Positions 38,601 to 52,974 of a DNA stretch of 64,000 bases are shown piece after piece. The first letter of the stretch is position 1; each line of letters begins with the position of its first letter. The translations under genes and the position numbers were made by a program. The notes below the pieces were generated by a model that was given only the letters and a program-made list of their open reading frames with translations, had not been told where the DNA came from and made no database searches. Source of the stretch: the human T2T-CHM13v2.0 reference genome, Homo sapiens; assembly GCF_009914755.1 (NCBI RefSeq), contig NC_060929.1. One strand, written 5' to 3'.

Positions 38601-40142
38601 ACAATATAAGCAATTTCTCCTAAATAGAAGCAAGTTTGAGAGAATAGACTTCCGTCAGAATTGGCTACTGTTAGGGAGAAAGGAAGCTGAATTCAAACAG
38701 TTTTGTGAGAAACTGGAAAAGAGGAAGCAATTGAGCTTCACAATCGGTCACTGATATTTGATTTACTTTCTTTGGAGTTTACAAGTGGCTGCCAAGTTAT
38801 GTCTAACGCACACTGCCTAATCCTTGGAGGCCTCTCTTCCAGCTGATGTCTGCGTCAGTGGTGGCCATGAGAGAGGAAGCAACTTGAAGAAAAGATTGTT
38901 TACCACTTAAATTTAACATGGAATTCGAAGGCTAACGTTAAGTGGTTTAGAACACCACTAGAATGCTGTTTTGTATGTTTGTGATTCCCGAAACAGTCAC
39001 CCAGCATCTAGTCCTAAATATGAATTAAGATCTCATTCCGAAGAACACCTTCTTATCACTTCTTTGAAGGTAATTATGAAAAGTCAAAGATGTACTTCTA
39101 AAAAATGCCTCTATGTTCACAGTCATTTATGAGATTAAACAGATAACCAGCTGACTAACAAACTCCAACATAGTCATGATGGTGTCCTTAAGCAGATTAT
39201 AATCTCAGGAGTGCTGGGGAGATTTATACAGATATGAAAGGAGGGCAAATCAAGGAGGTATGAAGTCAGCTACATGGTGTAGTGTAGGTGTCACACATTA
39301 TTTGTTGTTGCACTTTACACTTTCCCCACTTACAGGTTACAATTTGCTTGAAGATTAAAAACTCGAACCATATTTGGTTGTTAATTCTCCTTCTGTGGAC
39401 AGACTGGAACAAATGGCAAGAGAAACGATTGCCCAGCTACATGTGAGTCATTCTTTCCTGGGATAAGGCTACTTCAGCTTTAAGTGGAGAGTGGCTTGGG
39501 GAAGCTGTTGTGGAAGTAAGGTCACAGGGTTTGAGACATGTTTGAAGCAAGGCTTTTGTTCCAGTTCTTCCAGTCTGCATGCAAAAGGAAGGAAGGAGAA
39601 CATCTACTAGCAAAAGCTGAATGAGGACTTCAACCTCACCTCCATGGTTCCCCACACAGGAGCAGAGCCCAGCCAAGGTTCCCACCTAACACCATCTTTC
39701 CAGAAATTGTTTTGAGATACATAGGAGAGAAAGGCCCTTATATTCACAAGAAAACCCAGCAATCATATTCATTTGAAAAGCAATCCATATGCACATTTTG
39801 GAAACAAAAGAAGTATCAGTACACAGGGTGAAATAAACTTGAAAGGAGATTTGTAAAGAAAAGAACAAGCAGTATTCATTCAAAAAAACAGAAGGTAGGA
39901 TGTTATGGAAGTAAAACAGTTATTTTGTTTAGGTTTAAATTTTTTTAACTTTTAAAATTTGTGATATAATTTTGATTATGGGAATCATAGATTCCTGTTA
40001 TCAAAGGAAGAATGACCTTTTCCCATTTCCTTTTGAGTTTCTTAAAATTTCAATTTTCTCCTTAATTATACTATTTTATGCTTTTTTTTTCTCCAAATGG
40101 TAAGGCGTATGTTTAATTTAAAATTTTAATTTAAATTATTTT

Positions 40143-40456
40143 GGCCAGGCACAATGGCTTGTGCCTGTAATCCCGACACTTTGGGAGGTCAAGGCAGGCA
40201 AATCGCTTGAGGTCAGGAATTTGTGACCAGCCTGGCCAACATGGTGAAACCCCTGTGTCTACTGAAAATACAAAATTAGCTGGGTATGGTGGTGCACGCC
40301 TGTAATCCCAGCTACTTGGGAGGCTGAGGCAGGAGAATCAATCGCTTGAACCTAGGAGGCAGAGGTTGCTGTGAGCTGAGATTGTGCCACTGCACTCCAG
40401 TCTGGGTGACAGAGCGAAACTCTGTCTCAAAATAACAATAATAATAATAATTAATA
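40143..40456 (+). mobile_element. AluS, full length
   Basis: ggccaggcacaatggct...gaggtcagg...tgtctcaaa with (AAT)n tail. Confidence 0.94.
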
Positions 40457-42221
40457 ATTATTTTAAGAAGCAATTTTTAGATTTCTATTTTTTTCCTTTT
40501 ATTTACTTAATTCCAGAGAAGTAATGGTATTATTAATAATATTCTTCTTGAGCTCCTGTTATATTCCAGAGACTTCAGGTATGCTACTTTATTTTATTCT
40601 CACAATAGTGCTATCAGTAGACATTGCCATCCTCATTTTATACTAAATAAACTTAAATCTGCTCATGATCCCATAGCTATGAAGCAGGGCTAAGATTTGA
40701 ACCTATGTGTGTCTGATTCTCTTTTAACCACTAAATTACAAACACAGGTGTATAAAAAATGTGTGTATAAATATGTATATCATACATACATGAATGTATG
40801 TCATGTACAGTATCTGCTGTTTCCTTTTCCTGAAAATTGCTAAAGGCTTTAATCAGATAGATGGAATTTGAACAATCAGAGGTGGAGCTTGCCTCTCAGT
40901 GGGGAGAAAGCATTTTGAGCAAAGAAAACATCAGTGACACACATTGGGTTTAAGAAAGTACAGGACATGTTTTAAAATACACCAAAGTAGGACATTGACT
41001 GACATGTACTATATCTTTGAATGAGAGTGTTGTGGGTTAGCTTGAAAAGCAGATTCAGATCAGCCTATGGGAGGTCATGAAAGCTTAGTTTAGTAGTTGG
41101 GACTTTACTTTCCAGTTTTTGATGATTTTTATCAAGAAATGATATAAGAAGATTTATCCTGGAGCCACCTCTCAGCTCAGCTTCTCTGAACATTGTGGAA
41201 TTATTATACTAACGTGCACAAACTTGTAACAATAGCAGCAACCATTCCAATATGTCAGCTTTCTGGAGAATATTGTCCGTATGTCAGGATATGTAAATAA
41301 TTTCAAATTTCTCACCCTTAGTAGTCTCCCACCCATATAAATAAGCTTACAGTGAATAGTGGCCAGATTTTAGCAGTGAGTTTTCCTATGTAGTCCATTC
41401 CTAATCAAAGACTGCATTACAGGATTCATGGTTCTGTCTGGTATACTTAGTATTGTAACATCCTCTGCTTTCACTCTTTGGGGAAGCTTAACCTCTGTCT
41501 GCTCAATGATGTATTCTTTTCTTCATACCTGGATAATGTTTTGGAGTACATTTTAATAAAACCAGATCATGAGGGTAAACACCAATGTGAGAAGCTTCAT
41601 TGTGCATCTCATCTTTAGTTGATAATTGATGGAATATTTTGTATTTCATGGATCCTACCTCAGTACATGGCCAAGAAACTGCTGGACTCCACCTGTGCAA
41701 TTTTTGAAAAGAAATTGAATGATGCGTTCCAGGAAGGGTTTGCATTTGCTCATTATTTCTGGCTTAATCAAATTAAAGGAGAAGAATGAAAAACAGCTAA
41801 CTCCAGAGCACCTGTAACCAGTGTTGCCGGAAATTATGACCCTGTTAGCTTGACATTGTGTGGTGAAGGGGTCTAATTATTGGACTGTTAATAATATTAT
41901 TTAAGCCCTCATTAAATGTGCTACCATTTAATAGGATTTTCTGATCACAAATCTTCATTAGAGTCTTAGAAAGTTTTTTTTTAATCTTGTATTTTTCCAT
42001 AAATTCATCCCATTGAATAACTCAAGGGAGGTGAACTTTGGCCAGTGGGTCACAGCAAAGGATAAAGATTGGGTGATGTATATCAGGGATGGTCGGAATT
42101 TGTAATAGTTTCCAGCTGTCTCAGCAGTATTAATGAAAGTATTAGAAAATAAATATGGAAAAATGATTAGAGATTCGAAAGAAGAGACATCAAGTATGCA
42201 ATGTGGGACTTTAAAAAAAAA

Positions 42222-42487
42222 ATACAAGATCTTGCTCTATTGGTCAGGCTGGAGTGCAGTGGTATGATCATAGATTATTGCAGCCTCAAATTCCTGGGCA
42301 GTCAAGCGATCCTCCTGCCTCAGCTTCCTGAGTAGTTGGGACTATAGGCTCAACTTTTTTCTTTTTTTGTGGAGATATGTCTTGCTTTGTTGCTCAAGCT
42401 GGTCTCCACCTCCTGGATTCAAGCAAACTGCCGGCTTCAGCCTCCCAAAGTGTTGGGGATTACAGGTGTAAGCCACTGCACCCAGCC
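42222..42487 (-). mobile_element. AluJ, degraded
   Basis: cttgctctattggtcaggctggagtgcagtgg...cagcctcccaaagtg...gccactgcacccagcc. Confidence 0.88.
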
Positions 42488-44584
42488 TGCTTTTCAACTT
42501 TTGAAAACAAACCAACATTTATACCAAGGACTGAGCCAGAAGAAAAACTTCTAAATTTCATATATGGTAGAAAATTGCAGATTTCCTCACAGATGTAAAG
42601 AGATTACCTTTCATATTAATATACTCACCTTCAAACAGAAAGTTATCTATAGATTTTAGATTGAAGTTGATATTTTGCTATACTATAATTATTTTAAAAG
42701 ACAGACTTTTTGCCTTTCTGAAAGTAGTTTTCACAAACCTTTTCAGTACTTCTTTTTGTATCTTTCTCATTAATTTTGAAAGAGAAGAAAGGAAATATTG
42801 AATATTCTGTTGAGAAAGGAAATATTGAATATCGTCTTAAGACCCATGTCTTTTACCTTTTTAATTCCTATTTCCTGATGTGGAGAGAAACTTGCTCACA
42901 GTCTCCTGTACTGATGGAGCTGTAAATCTAACATACATCCAGATCATTTCAAAGCCTATTTTTTCTCACTACACAGATGCCTATATATTTCTTCATTACA
43001 GCCTTTTAAATACTTTTCTCTGTGATAATTCCCACTTTAAAATTTCGAGAAAGCTATTGTTCTGGATGGGGAAACTCCCTTTGTGCCCTGCAGGGCCTTT
43101 GGGTACACTCACCCCCTTCCTGCTTAACCAGAATAAAGTGCTGAGTTTGCATTTCAAATCTAGAAAATAAATACCTTTTCTTTTTCTAAAGGAACTAGGG
43201 CATATGGATTAAGGTAAAGGAAGATGAGAAACAACATCCAAAAATACACATTTTTTAAAAAATAGTCAACTAATAAGTTCATGTTTTATAAAAATATAAG
43301 TAATAAATTATTTTTAACATGAACGTAATTGTGATTTCAAAATTTCAAAATTATAGCAATGTCCTTAAAATAGTGTTGAATTTAAAATCTTCACTTTACA
43401 AAATGTCTGTGACCATATTATCTATTATGCTGTTAGTAACTAGAGATTTTTAAGTAAAGATAGCTTTTTTGGGTAGTAATATTTTCATCAAAATTGCAGT
43501 GCAGTAAGAAAAAAAATTCAGTCTCTACCTTGAAAGTTTAGGGTTGGAACATAATCTTAGTGAGTATATCTATAAAACTGTTAGCCTCAATTATCTCTGA
43601 ATTGATTTTGTTTGTTCAAAGACACAACTGTGAAGAATCATTATTCTTTCTACTGTGTTTTCAGATGAACCCTGACAGATCTTTCATGACAGATAATACT
43701 AAAAATTACATGTTCATCTGTGGGAACCAGAAGGAAGGTCATATCTTGCTTCTACCTCCTAGAATAGCTCCATGGTATTTCAGGCCATCGAAGAGGATTT
43801 TTATGCTGGAGAGGCAGCAAATATGTATTGATCCTTAAATAACAATCTAATTTCTTCTTTCTTCCTATTACTTTAGTAGGTATAAAATCCAGTAGTGAGG
43901 TATGCCGAAAATGGGGTGGTCTTTAGACTCCTGGTTAGTACTTTGAACATTTTCATTTTAAATAATGATTCTCTTGCAAACTGGTCATTCCTGTGATACA
44001 TATTTCCCTTTCACAGCTTCTGAATATAACTTGGAGTGATACTGGTACAATGCTGCCTTTCTCTCCCACCTTCCAAATGTATTTGCATATGTGCAGACTA
44101 TTCCTCCTTCTAACTGCTACTTCTCTGTTTTTTGCTTCTTCGGCCTTTCACCTTCTCACACCCCCATTTCCTAACTCCCCAAGGCCATCATTCTCACCCT
44201 GCATTTTGTAGCTAGCAGATATGTCCATGTGCATATCATCCTTTCACTTACGGGACTGTGGCATGGAGAAGTGAGTTGCAGTAACTAGACCTCTGCATTC
44301 CTGAGTGGAATGTTACAGGGCCTCTGCAGGAGTTGATGGGAGTGGGCCCCAGTGAGCTGGAAGGTTGTAGTTTGACAGTCGAGTTCTCTTCTCCTCCTTG
44401 CATGTAGCCCTTAGTTTGTGCATCATCCATAGCATTCCTTATTCCTCATTACTTCCCTCCTTGTCTCTCTCTATTGCCCTGTGTCAAGTTAGGAATCACA
44501 TTCATAGAACTAAATTACTATCATGCACATTAACATTACTGGCATTAACCAAATGGTTTTTATAAAGGATTTATGGCCTTAGAC

Positions 44585-44803
44585 TAGGATTTCTCAACTC
44601 AGACACTGTTGACATTTGGGACCAGATAATTTGTTGTGGGGCACTGTCCTGTGTATTGTAGGATGTTTAGCGGCATCCCTGCTCTCTACCATTCAAATGC
44701 CAGTAGCACACTTCCCCTAAAACATTTTGCAAAAACTAAAAATGTCTCTAGACATTACCAAACGTCCCCTGGAAGCCACAATCACCTCCAAATGAGTACC
44801 ACT
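44585..44803 (+). mobile_element. MER20 hAT-Charlie MITE
   Basis: tttctcaac...actgttgacatttggg...tgtcctgtgtattgtaggatgtttagcggcatccctg...gccagtagcac...aaaaatgtctctagacatt. Confidence 0.9.
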
Positions 44804-45241
44804 ACTCTAAACAACCAATCTATTCTTTTCATCATTTTTTTCTGCACATTTTATGAAATGTATCTTGTTTTTAAATTACAGAACCGTTACCTCCTTTGAC
44901 TTTAGGATGCTGGTTTTAACACAACTGGGTCATTAAATTGCTTCTGACTTGTTTCATATTATGGTCTCTTCAAGAGCTGCTACATTTTTACAGTATTGTT
45001 TTTGTGTGAGATATTGAAAAGACAATGTTAGTGGTATGTATCAGGTGCCTATGACAATTAATTGCCTGATCACTCTAACTATTCTTTGGAGACTGTCTTG
45101 GTGATTACTCTGCCCTCTTCCTTATGTGCTTTGTGACTCGAACCAAACTACTAGTTTCAACTTTTTGTAAAAACTAGACCCCACATTGTTGTTATGTTTT
45201 GTTTCTCCAGCCCAAAGCATAGCACAATAATCGTCTTGATT

Positions 45242-45354
45242 TAAGGTGACCAGTTATCTCCACCTGCCTAGGACTGTCCTGGGTTTAGCACTGAAAGTTC
45301 TACATCTCAGTAAATCCTTCAGTCCCAAGCAATCCAGGACAGTTGAATACCCTA
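45242..45354 (-). mobile_element. MER81 hAT-Blackjack MITE
   Basis: taaggtgacca...ggactgtcctgggtttagcactgaaagt...cagtccc...ggacagttgaatacccta with TAGGGTGACC-type TIRs. Confidence 0.8.
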
Positions 45355-46336
45355 ACTGATAATTTCCTTTTATTTCTTTGGCAATCAAAGTAATGAATCC
45401 TACTCTCATTCCTGTACAATGGCCTGGGGAGTTTAGTACAGGGGCACTGAGGTCCTGTGGGTTGAGTTTGGCCCACAATCGTGGTATGTATGTTCTTACA
45501 GTATGCTTCCCATGGACCATGCAGCCCCACATTGTTTTATATCTAGCTCCTCTACACATGTATGTTAATAGTTTTGTGCCTGATAACCTTTGCTTTGCAA
45601 CCCTTCATTTAAGGACCACTTCCAGTTTTATTTGGTGAAGAAAATCTTTAGCTCTCTGTAGATTTTTCACAAGACAGACTCATAGATGTACTTGTTGTTC
45701 AAGATGTTTTTCTGCTACCACATAACAAGAAATCAGCTTTCTGAAGCAATTAATAATCTCTTGGCAGTCTTTCTAAAGGTTTTCTTGTTCCCAGGTGATT
45801 AACTCAAAGACTTCTTAAAGTCTCAGGACTTTATAGATGAAACAGATAGCAATCTGTTGGATGATGACTAAGGATTGTTAAATTATCTTCTCCATACTTA
45901 CATCTTCTCCATAATGATATGGAAATATTCCAACTTTAGCTTAACTCCTTCAAATTAAAGTTTGTCTCTACAAAACCTCCTGTTAAAGTGAAAATCTGTG
46001 GGAAATAACAAACCCATCAGCATATAGTAAGTTTATGGATCAAATGGTTATTACACAACCCTAGGTGAAATGTGATAAGCTTTGAGAGGAGATGGAAGGA
46101 AGCATTCTGAAGCTTAATTTGTCTGGCACAAGGTGAGGACTGAAAGGTGACAGTTCTAAGCAGTTAAAATACTGTGGAGATAAGGAGTGCCAGGAGAGGG
46201 GTTGGAAACAGGATATTGGTTAGAGGAAGAGATAGAAATGAATCTGCCCCATAATTTGTCTGGCCCTTTTATTCTTAGCCTATTGTTTTAAGGAGTTGCT
46301 TAATACTCGGGTCTTGAGGCTACTGCATGTAACATG

Positions 46337-46396
46337 AAGAAGAAAGGGAAGGAGGGAGAGAGGGAGGGAGGAAGAAAGGAAGGGAGGGAAGGAGGG
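46337..46396. repeat. Polypurine (GGAA/GGGA)n tract
   Basis: About 60 nt of purines only. Confidence 0.9.
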
Positions 46397-46999
46397 TGGT
46401 GATGTTGCTCATTACCCACTCCCAGTATATGGAAGTGGCTGGATCAAGATCTCATTAACTTTAAAATATCGAATACTAATCCCGTGATGTCCTCCCCTGA
46501 TTTTAGTGTAGCAGGATTAATAGTTGTACTTAGAAGGCACCAATGATCCTGTTGCTGACATAATCCATATTTTTTGAGCAGCATCAAGAGCTTGCAGCAA
46601 CCTATCGTTCTGGAGGCTGGCTATTGGCACTATTTTATAGGAAATTGCTCAAAGGAACTCTGATCATATTCTCACTAGTATTACCTAATAGTCGGGAACC
46701 TTTATTTTCCTTCTGAAGATGGTTCAAAAAATTATATAGATCACCCACTCCTGGTTGGTCTTTGGCTTCAGCTTCTCAGACTCTTCCTCTCCTGGCCAAC
46801 TACCAACTGCTAGAGGTTGTCAGCTCACTAGTGGGCTCACTTATTTTCTGTCTCTATAGCAGTATTTAACAAAGTACTGGGATGAGACATGCCTGGAGAG
46901 TTTAATAAAAATGCAGATTCAAAGCCTCCACCCCAAACATACTGAATCAGAATCTCCTCAGGAATTGTATACTAAAATTATAGAAATATTACTCCATAC

Positions 47000-48070
47000 T
47001 CTCTCGATAAATGATCTCATCATTAGCCATAGCGTTAAGCTTTAACCATTTTTGTATACTTCGTGACTCACAAACTTTTATCTCCACCGTAAACCACTCT
47101 TTTAAGCTCTGGTCTTATATACTCTGTTGCTCCTTGATAGCTCTTCTTGGATGTCTCACAGGTATCTCAAATTTAACATGTCCAGATGACAAGTTTAACA
47201 TCCGCTTGAAAACCATTCTTCCCAGTTTCCCATATCTTAATAATTGGGGCCATCATTCACAGAGTTTCTCAAGCATTATTCTTTCCTTGCTATAAGTGTA
47301 TTCAGCTTACCAGCAAGACTTTTGTGTGCCAGCAAATTCTTTTAATTCTACCTTTAAATGATGCCATGAGTTCATCTCCTTTTTTCCGAATCCATCTACT
47401 ACCTTTTGCCAAATGTACCACGTCTTATGTGACAACTGAAATAGTCTTTTAACTGATCTGCCTGCTTCACCTCTTCTCTCAACCGGTTTGCTCTCTAGTT
47501 AGGAGCCAGTGTCATCTTTTAAAGATGTCATGCGTGTCCTCTATTGATACCCTTTTACAGCTTTCCACTGCTCTTCAAGATCAATTCCACATCATAATAT
47601 GGCTGTTAAGACTGTATCACCAGCTCCGGTCCATATCACCAATCTACCACCCACACCACACGGACCTTGCCTTCATTCCCTGAAGCTGTCGTGCCTTGGA
47701 ACCTTTGTGGGTGCCGTGGTCTCTGCCTGGCATGCTCTTTTCACTGATCCTTGGCTGTTTGTATCAGAGGTTCCTTCTCTCACTTCAAGGATCAGGTTAA
47801 ATGTCGCCTTTTATGGAGGGCTTCATCACTCTATTTCACTCTATTTAATCCTCCCATCTCTCCAACAGACTGTATTCTCTCAGTTCATTTTCCTGTTCTC
47901 TATAGTACTCAGCATGTTGTGGTTCTTGACTTATTCATCTCTGTTTTCTCATGGATGATACACTCCATGAGGGCAAAAACCATGGCTGTTTTCATCACTG
48001 CTGTGCACTCATTTTCTGCTGCAGTGCCTGATGAATGATAAGCACTGAATGCATATTTGTTATTACTTAT
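47000..48070 (+). mobile_element. L2 LINE
   Basis: tgactcacaaactttt...cttggatgtctcacaggtatctcaaatttaacatgtcca...ctccatgagggcaaaaacc...gtgcctg...catatttgtt. Confidence 0.8.
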
Positions 48071-50859
48071 TAAAGTTTTATTTGTTTGTCTTTAATACAA
48101 GGCCAAGAATGTCTTCAGTGTAGGGCCAAGAAGTGTTTATATGGGAAACAATTTGGGTGAGATTTTATAATAAAAAATAACAAATTTGATAGCGAAAGTG
48201 TAAACCTAAAAACTAAAACCTAACATGGAGTTGTAATAGTTCAACTCTACCTTGTCCCTCCTCTCTCATGCTGTTATGCAGATTATATGTCAATCTTTGA
48301 TAACATTTACTAGCCAATGCTTCCTTTAGCTGTATAATTCACAATAGCATTTTTGTACCACAGTTTTTTTAAGTCAGGATTCTAGACACAGTAACTAATT
48401 TTTTTTCTTTTATGTGGAAAAAGAACACAGGGTTGATCTCAGATACACAGATAAAGTAGGCATTTCCCTACAGAGTCTAACTCTAGGGAGATTATAAAAG
48501 CAAATAAAATGAAAAGTATTCTTTAATTCCTGTTTTTGTTGTGTGTCCCAAATTTCACCATTTTGAATATTGTCCTGTTCTGTTAAAATCATATATGCTT
48601 GAAAATGTCATTACAGTATCAAACTACAATGTGTATGAGATCTGTCATGTCACATTTATGTTGACTAGTGGAACAGAGTAGCATTAAATAATGTTTTCCC
48701 TCTAGAAGGAAGAGTGAGCTAAAGTGAAAACTGACTACCATATAACTCTGTGATAGCATAATTTCATTTTTAAGCAGAAATATTTATGTAGATTTCTGCC
48801 TCATTACTGCACTGTGAGTTCTTAAAGAGAAAAAGTTTTTTTTTGTTTTTGCATTTGCATCATTAGGACATAAAATCATAGGTGTTCATAAAATTGTATT
48901 AAAAATTGGTAACTAAAATATAAAATAGCAATATCTTCTGGCTGGCAAAAGTGCTTAAAAACAAAATAATACATTCTTGGCAAAAGTTGGAATGATACAT
49001 TCAAACATATAAATGTGCTTGTGGACTTTGCAGGAAAAAATGACTAATGGGCCTTCATACTTTACAAATGGATAATGTATTTGATGTTGGATATCATATA
49101 TCATTTGGTGTTTTTATCATTGTACTGCAGATTTGCTTAGTCAACTTTATATTAGTTGCCTTTGTTTTCTCCTTTCTTATCTAGCCATTTTCACCTTCTA
49201 TGCTTGGCTTATTCAGGTTCAGTGGTACAAATATTGAGTAACAACTGTTGATGTTGGCATACTTTTCACAACCCCTCTGTGGCCTTTCTCCTCATTACCT
49301 TATCTGACACTCCTTTCACTGTATTTTTACTATTCCTGCAAAACAGACTCTAGTGAAATATAGGAGCCATAGTGTAATCCTCTGTCTACTATTTTTCTCA
49401 TAGTAGAAACTGTGGCTACATCTGGGATATCATTAGCAAGCTAAATGCTGACTATCAAATCTTGGATTGTGGCCTTCTATGAGTCATTTGTCTGTTGAAT
49501 AAGGTGTGTACAATGTTGGAAAGAAATCATAGCAAGGTCTACACTGGAGTGCCAACAAGTTTTTCAAAAAGAGTTACCACACCCAAACAAGCATTTTTTC
49601 AAGAGCTAACATTAAGAGTAATTAACATTTAATATACCCCCACTTGTTTGTCCATTAAGTATTCTTGAAAACTAACATTTTAGCCATGTGCGTCAGTGCT
49701 CAGTTTAGCCCCTTGATCTTTTAAGTGTTTGTCTTTATTAGGTTTGTCTTCTCTGAAAAGAGACCTTTTTAAATATTAATTGCTTTTCATACAAAGTGAA
49801 CCTACTCTGTGGAGGTTGATGGTTTAGTTGAATTAACATCAGCATTGTGGTCTCTTAACAGGCCTCTCCTCATTATAGAGAAGACTTATTCAGGGAATGA
49901 GGAAGAGCTCAGGGCTCTTCCTTGTACAGACCATTGTTTTCACTACTAGAATATCCCCTTAAGTATATATTCTTAAACAGGGTATTAATACATTTTTGTT
50001 GATAGTCTGTTACAGTAAGAGGGAAACTTCTGGTGAATCTTTCATCTACAACAATATAAAAACTATGCAATTTTATTTTTTCCTCATTTTTTCACCTTTT
50101 TTGGTCAGATAAAAATAGCCAGATTTTTAAATTATTATATAATTTTCCATGAAATTTTTTTGTGCATAATTTGTTATTAATACTCTTCCATGTACTTGAG
50201 AATACCATATTTAATGTATATCAAGTTAAATGATGTTGTGATACCATTTGTTAATGTTTCATATGAGGATAATTGTCCTAAGTCAAACAGATAAGCCCTA
50301 TCAAAAGTGTGTACTGACACATTTGATAGGAAGCCTGTGGAGAAAGAGAGGGCTGATGGAGACTGAGTTTCTTTCTTGCACATAAATAGTTATTCTCTTA
50401 CTTGAGAGACTTTGCACACTTGTTCTATATAGCTGCAAAACCTTTGCCCATTCCAGCTGCTCACTCCTAAACCCAGTCTGGTTGATCAGTCTTGCAGCTC
50501 ATTATATTGATACACTATTTTAGGTGTGATCAATCCTTAACCCCAAGGAGGGAAAAAAGGAATCCCTTTCTTTGTTTGATTCCATATTTTTAAATATAGT
50601 CTAAGATTGCTTTAGCTATTTTAGCTATTGAAAATAAATCATAAGGGTGACTTTAGTTATTACACAGTGTGAATCTTTTTGCAACTCACCTTTTCATACC
50701 ATGTTAGGTTTCTGAAATGTACACTAGCTGTGTGTAGGTCTGTTTTATGCATTTGAAAGGCTATTCTGCCCTGTATAAAGGTCCTATTGTGTGTTCATTC
50801 CTTCCTGTCTGGATGAACTCTGAATGGTTTCCACCCTTTTGCTCTTACACATGGTGTTT

Positions 50860-51105
50860 CAGTGAGCAATACAGCACAGCGGTTAACAACATTGACTCCA
50901 GAGCTGGATTGCTTGGGTTTGTAGTTCTACCACTGCTAGTTACAGGACCTTGACAAGTCATAAAACCCAGTGCTCAGTTCACCCACCTGTTAAATGAAGC
51001 ATATTTCCTATGAGGTAGGCATATTATGAAGATAGCAGAGTAAAAACACATGAAAGACTTAAACAGTACCTGTCACATAAGAAACACTATACAAGTGTTC
51101 CATTT
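50860..51105 (+). mobile_element. MIR SINE (inside L1ME-like sequence)
   Basis: cagcacagcggttaacaacattgactccagagctggattgcttgggttt...ccttgacaagtca...cttaaacagtacctgtcacataag. Confidence 0.8.
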
Positions 51106-52974
51106 ATTAACATGACCCTTTTACACGCCTCCTTACATATAAATGTGACACATTTTCATGTGTAAATGTCTAGAAGGGTAATTTCTGGGCCACAGCATAA
51201 GGATATATTCAGTTTGGCCCCCAAATTGTTAAATTGTTCTCTAAAGACATTGTAACAACTTATATTTCTATCAGTGCCATGTAAATTACTGTTTATCCTC
51301 ATCTTCTCCAACACTTCGTGTCATCAGATTTTTTTACTATTTTTTATCTGCTGATTTTAATTAGCATTCCCTGATAAAGAGTAAAGTTGAAAATCTTTTT
51401 AAATTGGCATTTCTTGGAGTTTTCAATTAATATACTTTGTACAAAACAAAATGTATGACAGTGGATATGAGCATATGAAATTAAAAGGAAATTCACTTTT
51501 TACCTCTAGGAAGAAGGAGCAGGAATGGAATGGGAGAGCGGGTTTATATGCATCTGTAACATTTTTTTTCTTTAAACAAAAAAGTTTGAAAAAATATGGA
51601 AAATTTTTATTGTTTTAATTTGGATGATGAGTAGCTGTTTATATTTTATATTATAATATATATTATTTATATATATTATATAAAAGCCAGCATTTAGACT
51701 TCCTTTTGATTAGACATACTTTTGTATTTCTCACTCTTTGTGTGTGTGTTGGAGTTAGCAATAGATGTGTGTATTGGGGTAATGATGTTATAGGGGTGTT
51801 AGACAACACAAACTGAAAGGTAATATCGAAATAGCTTTTAAGAAAATATCACCTTCCTATAGATGACTGATAAGTGATAGCTATATTCTAAATATAATTA
51901 AGAAAATTAGTATGTGCAGGGAAGCAAATTACTTACGGTAAAACTTTAATTATAAAAGTATAAATGGGAAAATGAAAATAATATCTAACATGAAAAATAT
52001 ATTTGGAGCATAATAGGAGCAAAAAGGAGAAACTTTTTCAGGTACTGATAATCATCTCATCAATTATGGTGTGATGATAAAACAATAAAATATCCTATAG
52101 AATATCATATTTAAAATGTTTTACTACAAAATTAATTAGATCAATAAAATTTTACTTGGCTATAGCATAAAAAGTTCCTTTCTTTTCACTTTTAGAAGAA
52201 TTTCTGTTTTAGATAATATCATTAAAATAGGTGAAATGTTATTGACAATGAAGGGAAGCAAATGTCATAAACCCGCCTGCTATCATTGCTTATCCATGTA
52301 AATATGTAATATTTAATTTGGGGAAGCAGTAATATATTTGTAATTATTAATGTAGTTAATATGGAAACTTTGGTTCTAACATGGACAAATTATATATGGT
52401 ATAACCTCATCTAGGTAATTTTTCTTTAGTCTCTATTGAAAAGTTATGAGTTCAGAGTAGAAAATGCACTTTAAGTTTCATCCTTTAGAATGTAAAGACT
52501 AAAGGATGGATTCTTTTGAAAAAATTGACTAGAACTCTTGATTCTAGTTTCAAGGGGAAGTGTCATAGAATCTTTCATGGAACTAAAAAATCATTAGTGT
52601 AGATTTATCCACTTCTTTTGCTTTGAAGTGCTCACCTCTCTCAATGTTGCAAAATTTCATGTGAATGTGAGGTCACCTTTCCATCATATTTCTTAACATG
52701 TTTCATATAATAAACTTTTATTATCTTGAGAAATTTTCAAATTTGTTCTGTTCTAGTACTTTCTGATTCAAATTGTCCAACACAGTGTTATAATAATTTA
52801 TGAGACTGTTTCATTGATATGAAGATAGAATAATATGTGATAAAAGTATGGTTTTCTTAATTTCCCAGATCCCAAAGAACAAAGTCTTATGTCATTCAGG
52901 CCTGGCAATTTGAAAATCATAACCATTTGAAAATTAGGTCAGTTATGGATCCATTAATCAAATACATTTAAAAA

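Noticed and set aside
51638-51685. AT-only quasi-palindrome
   Set aside because: Low-complexity (TA)-rich tract common in AT-rich introns.
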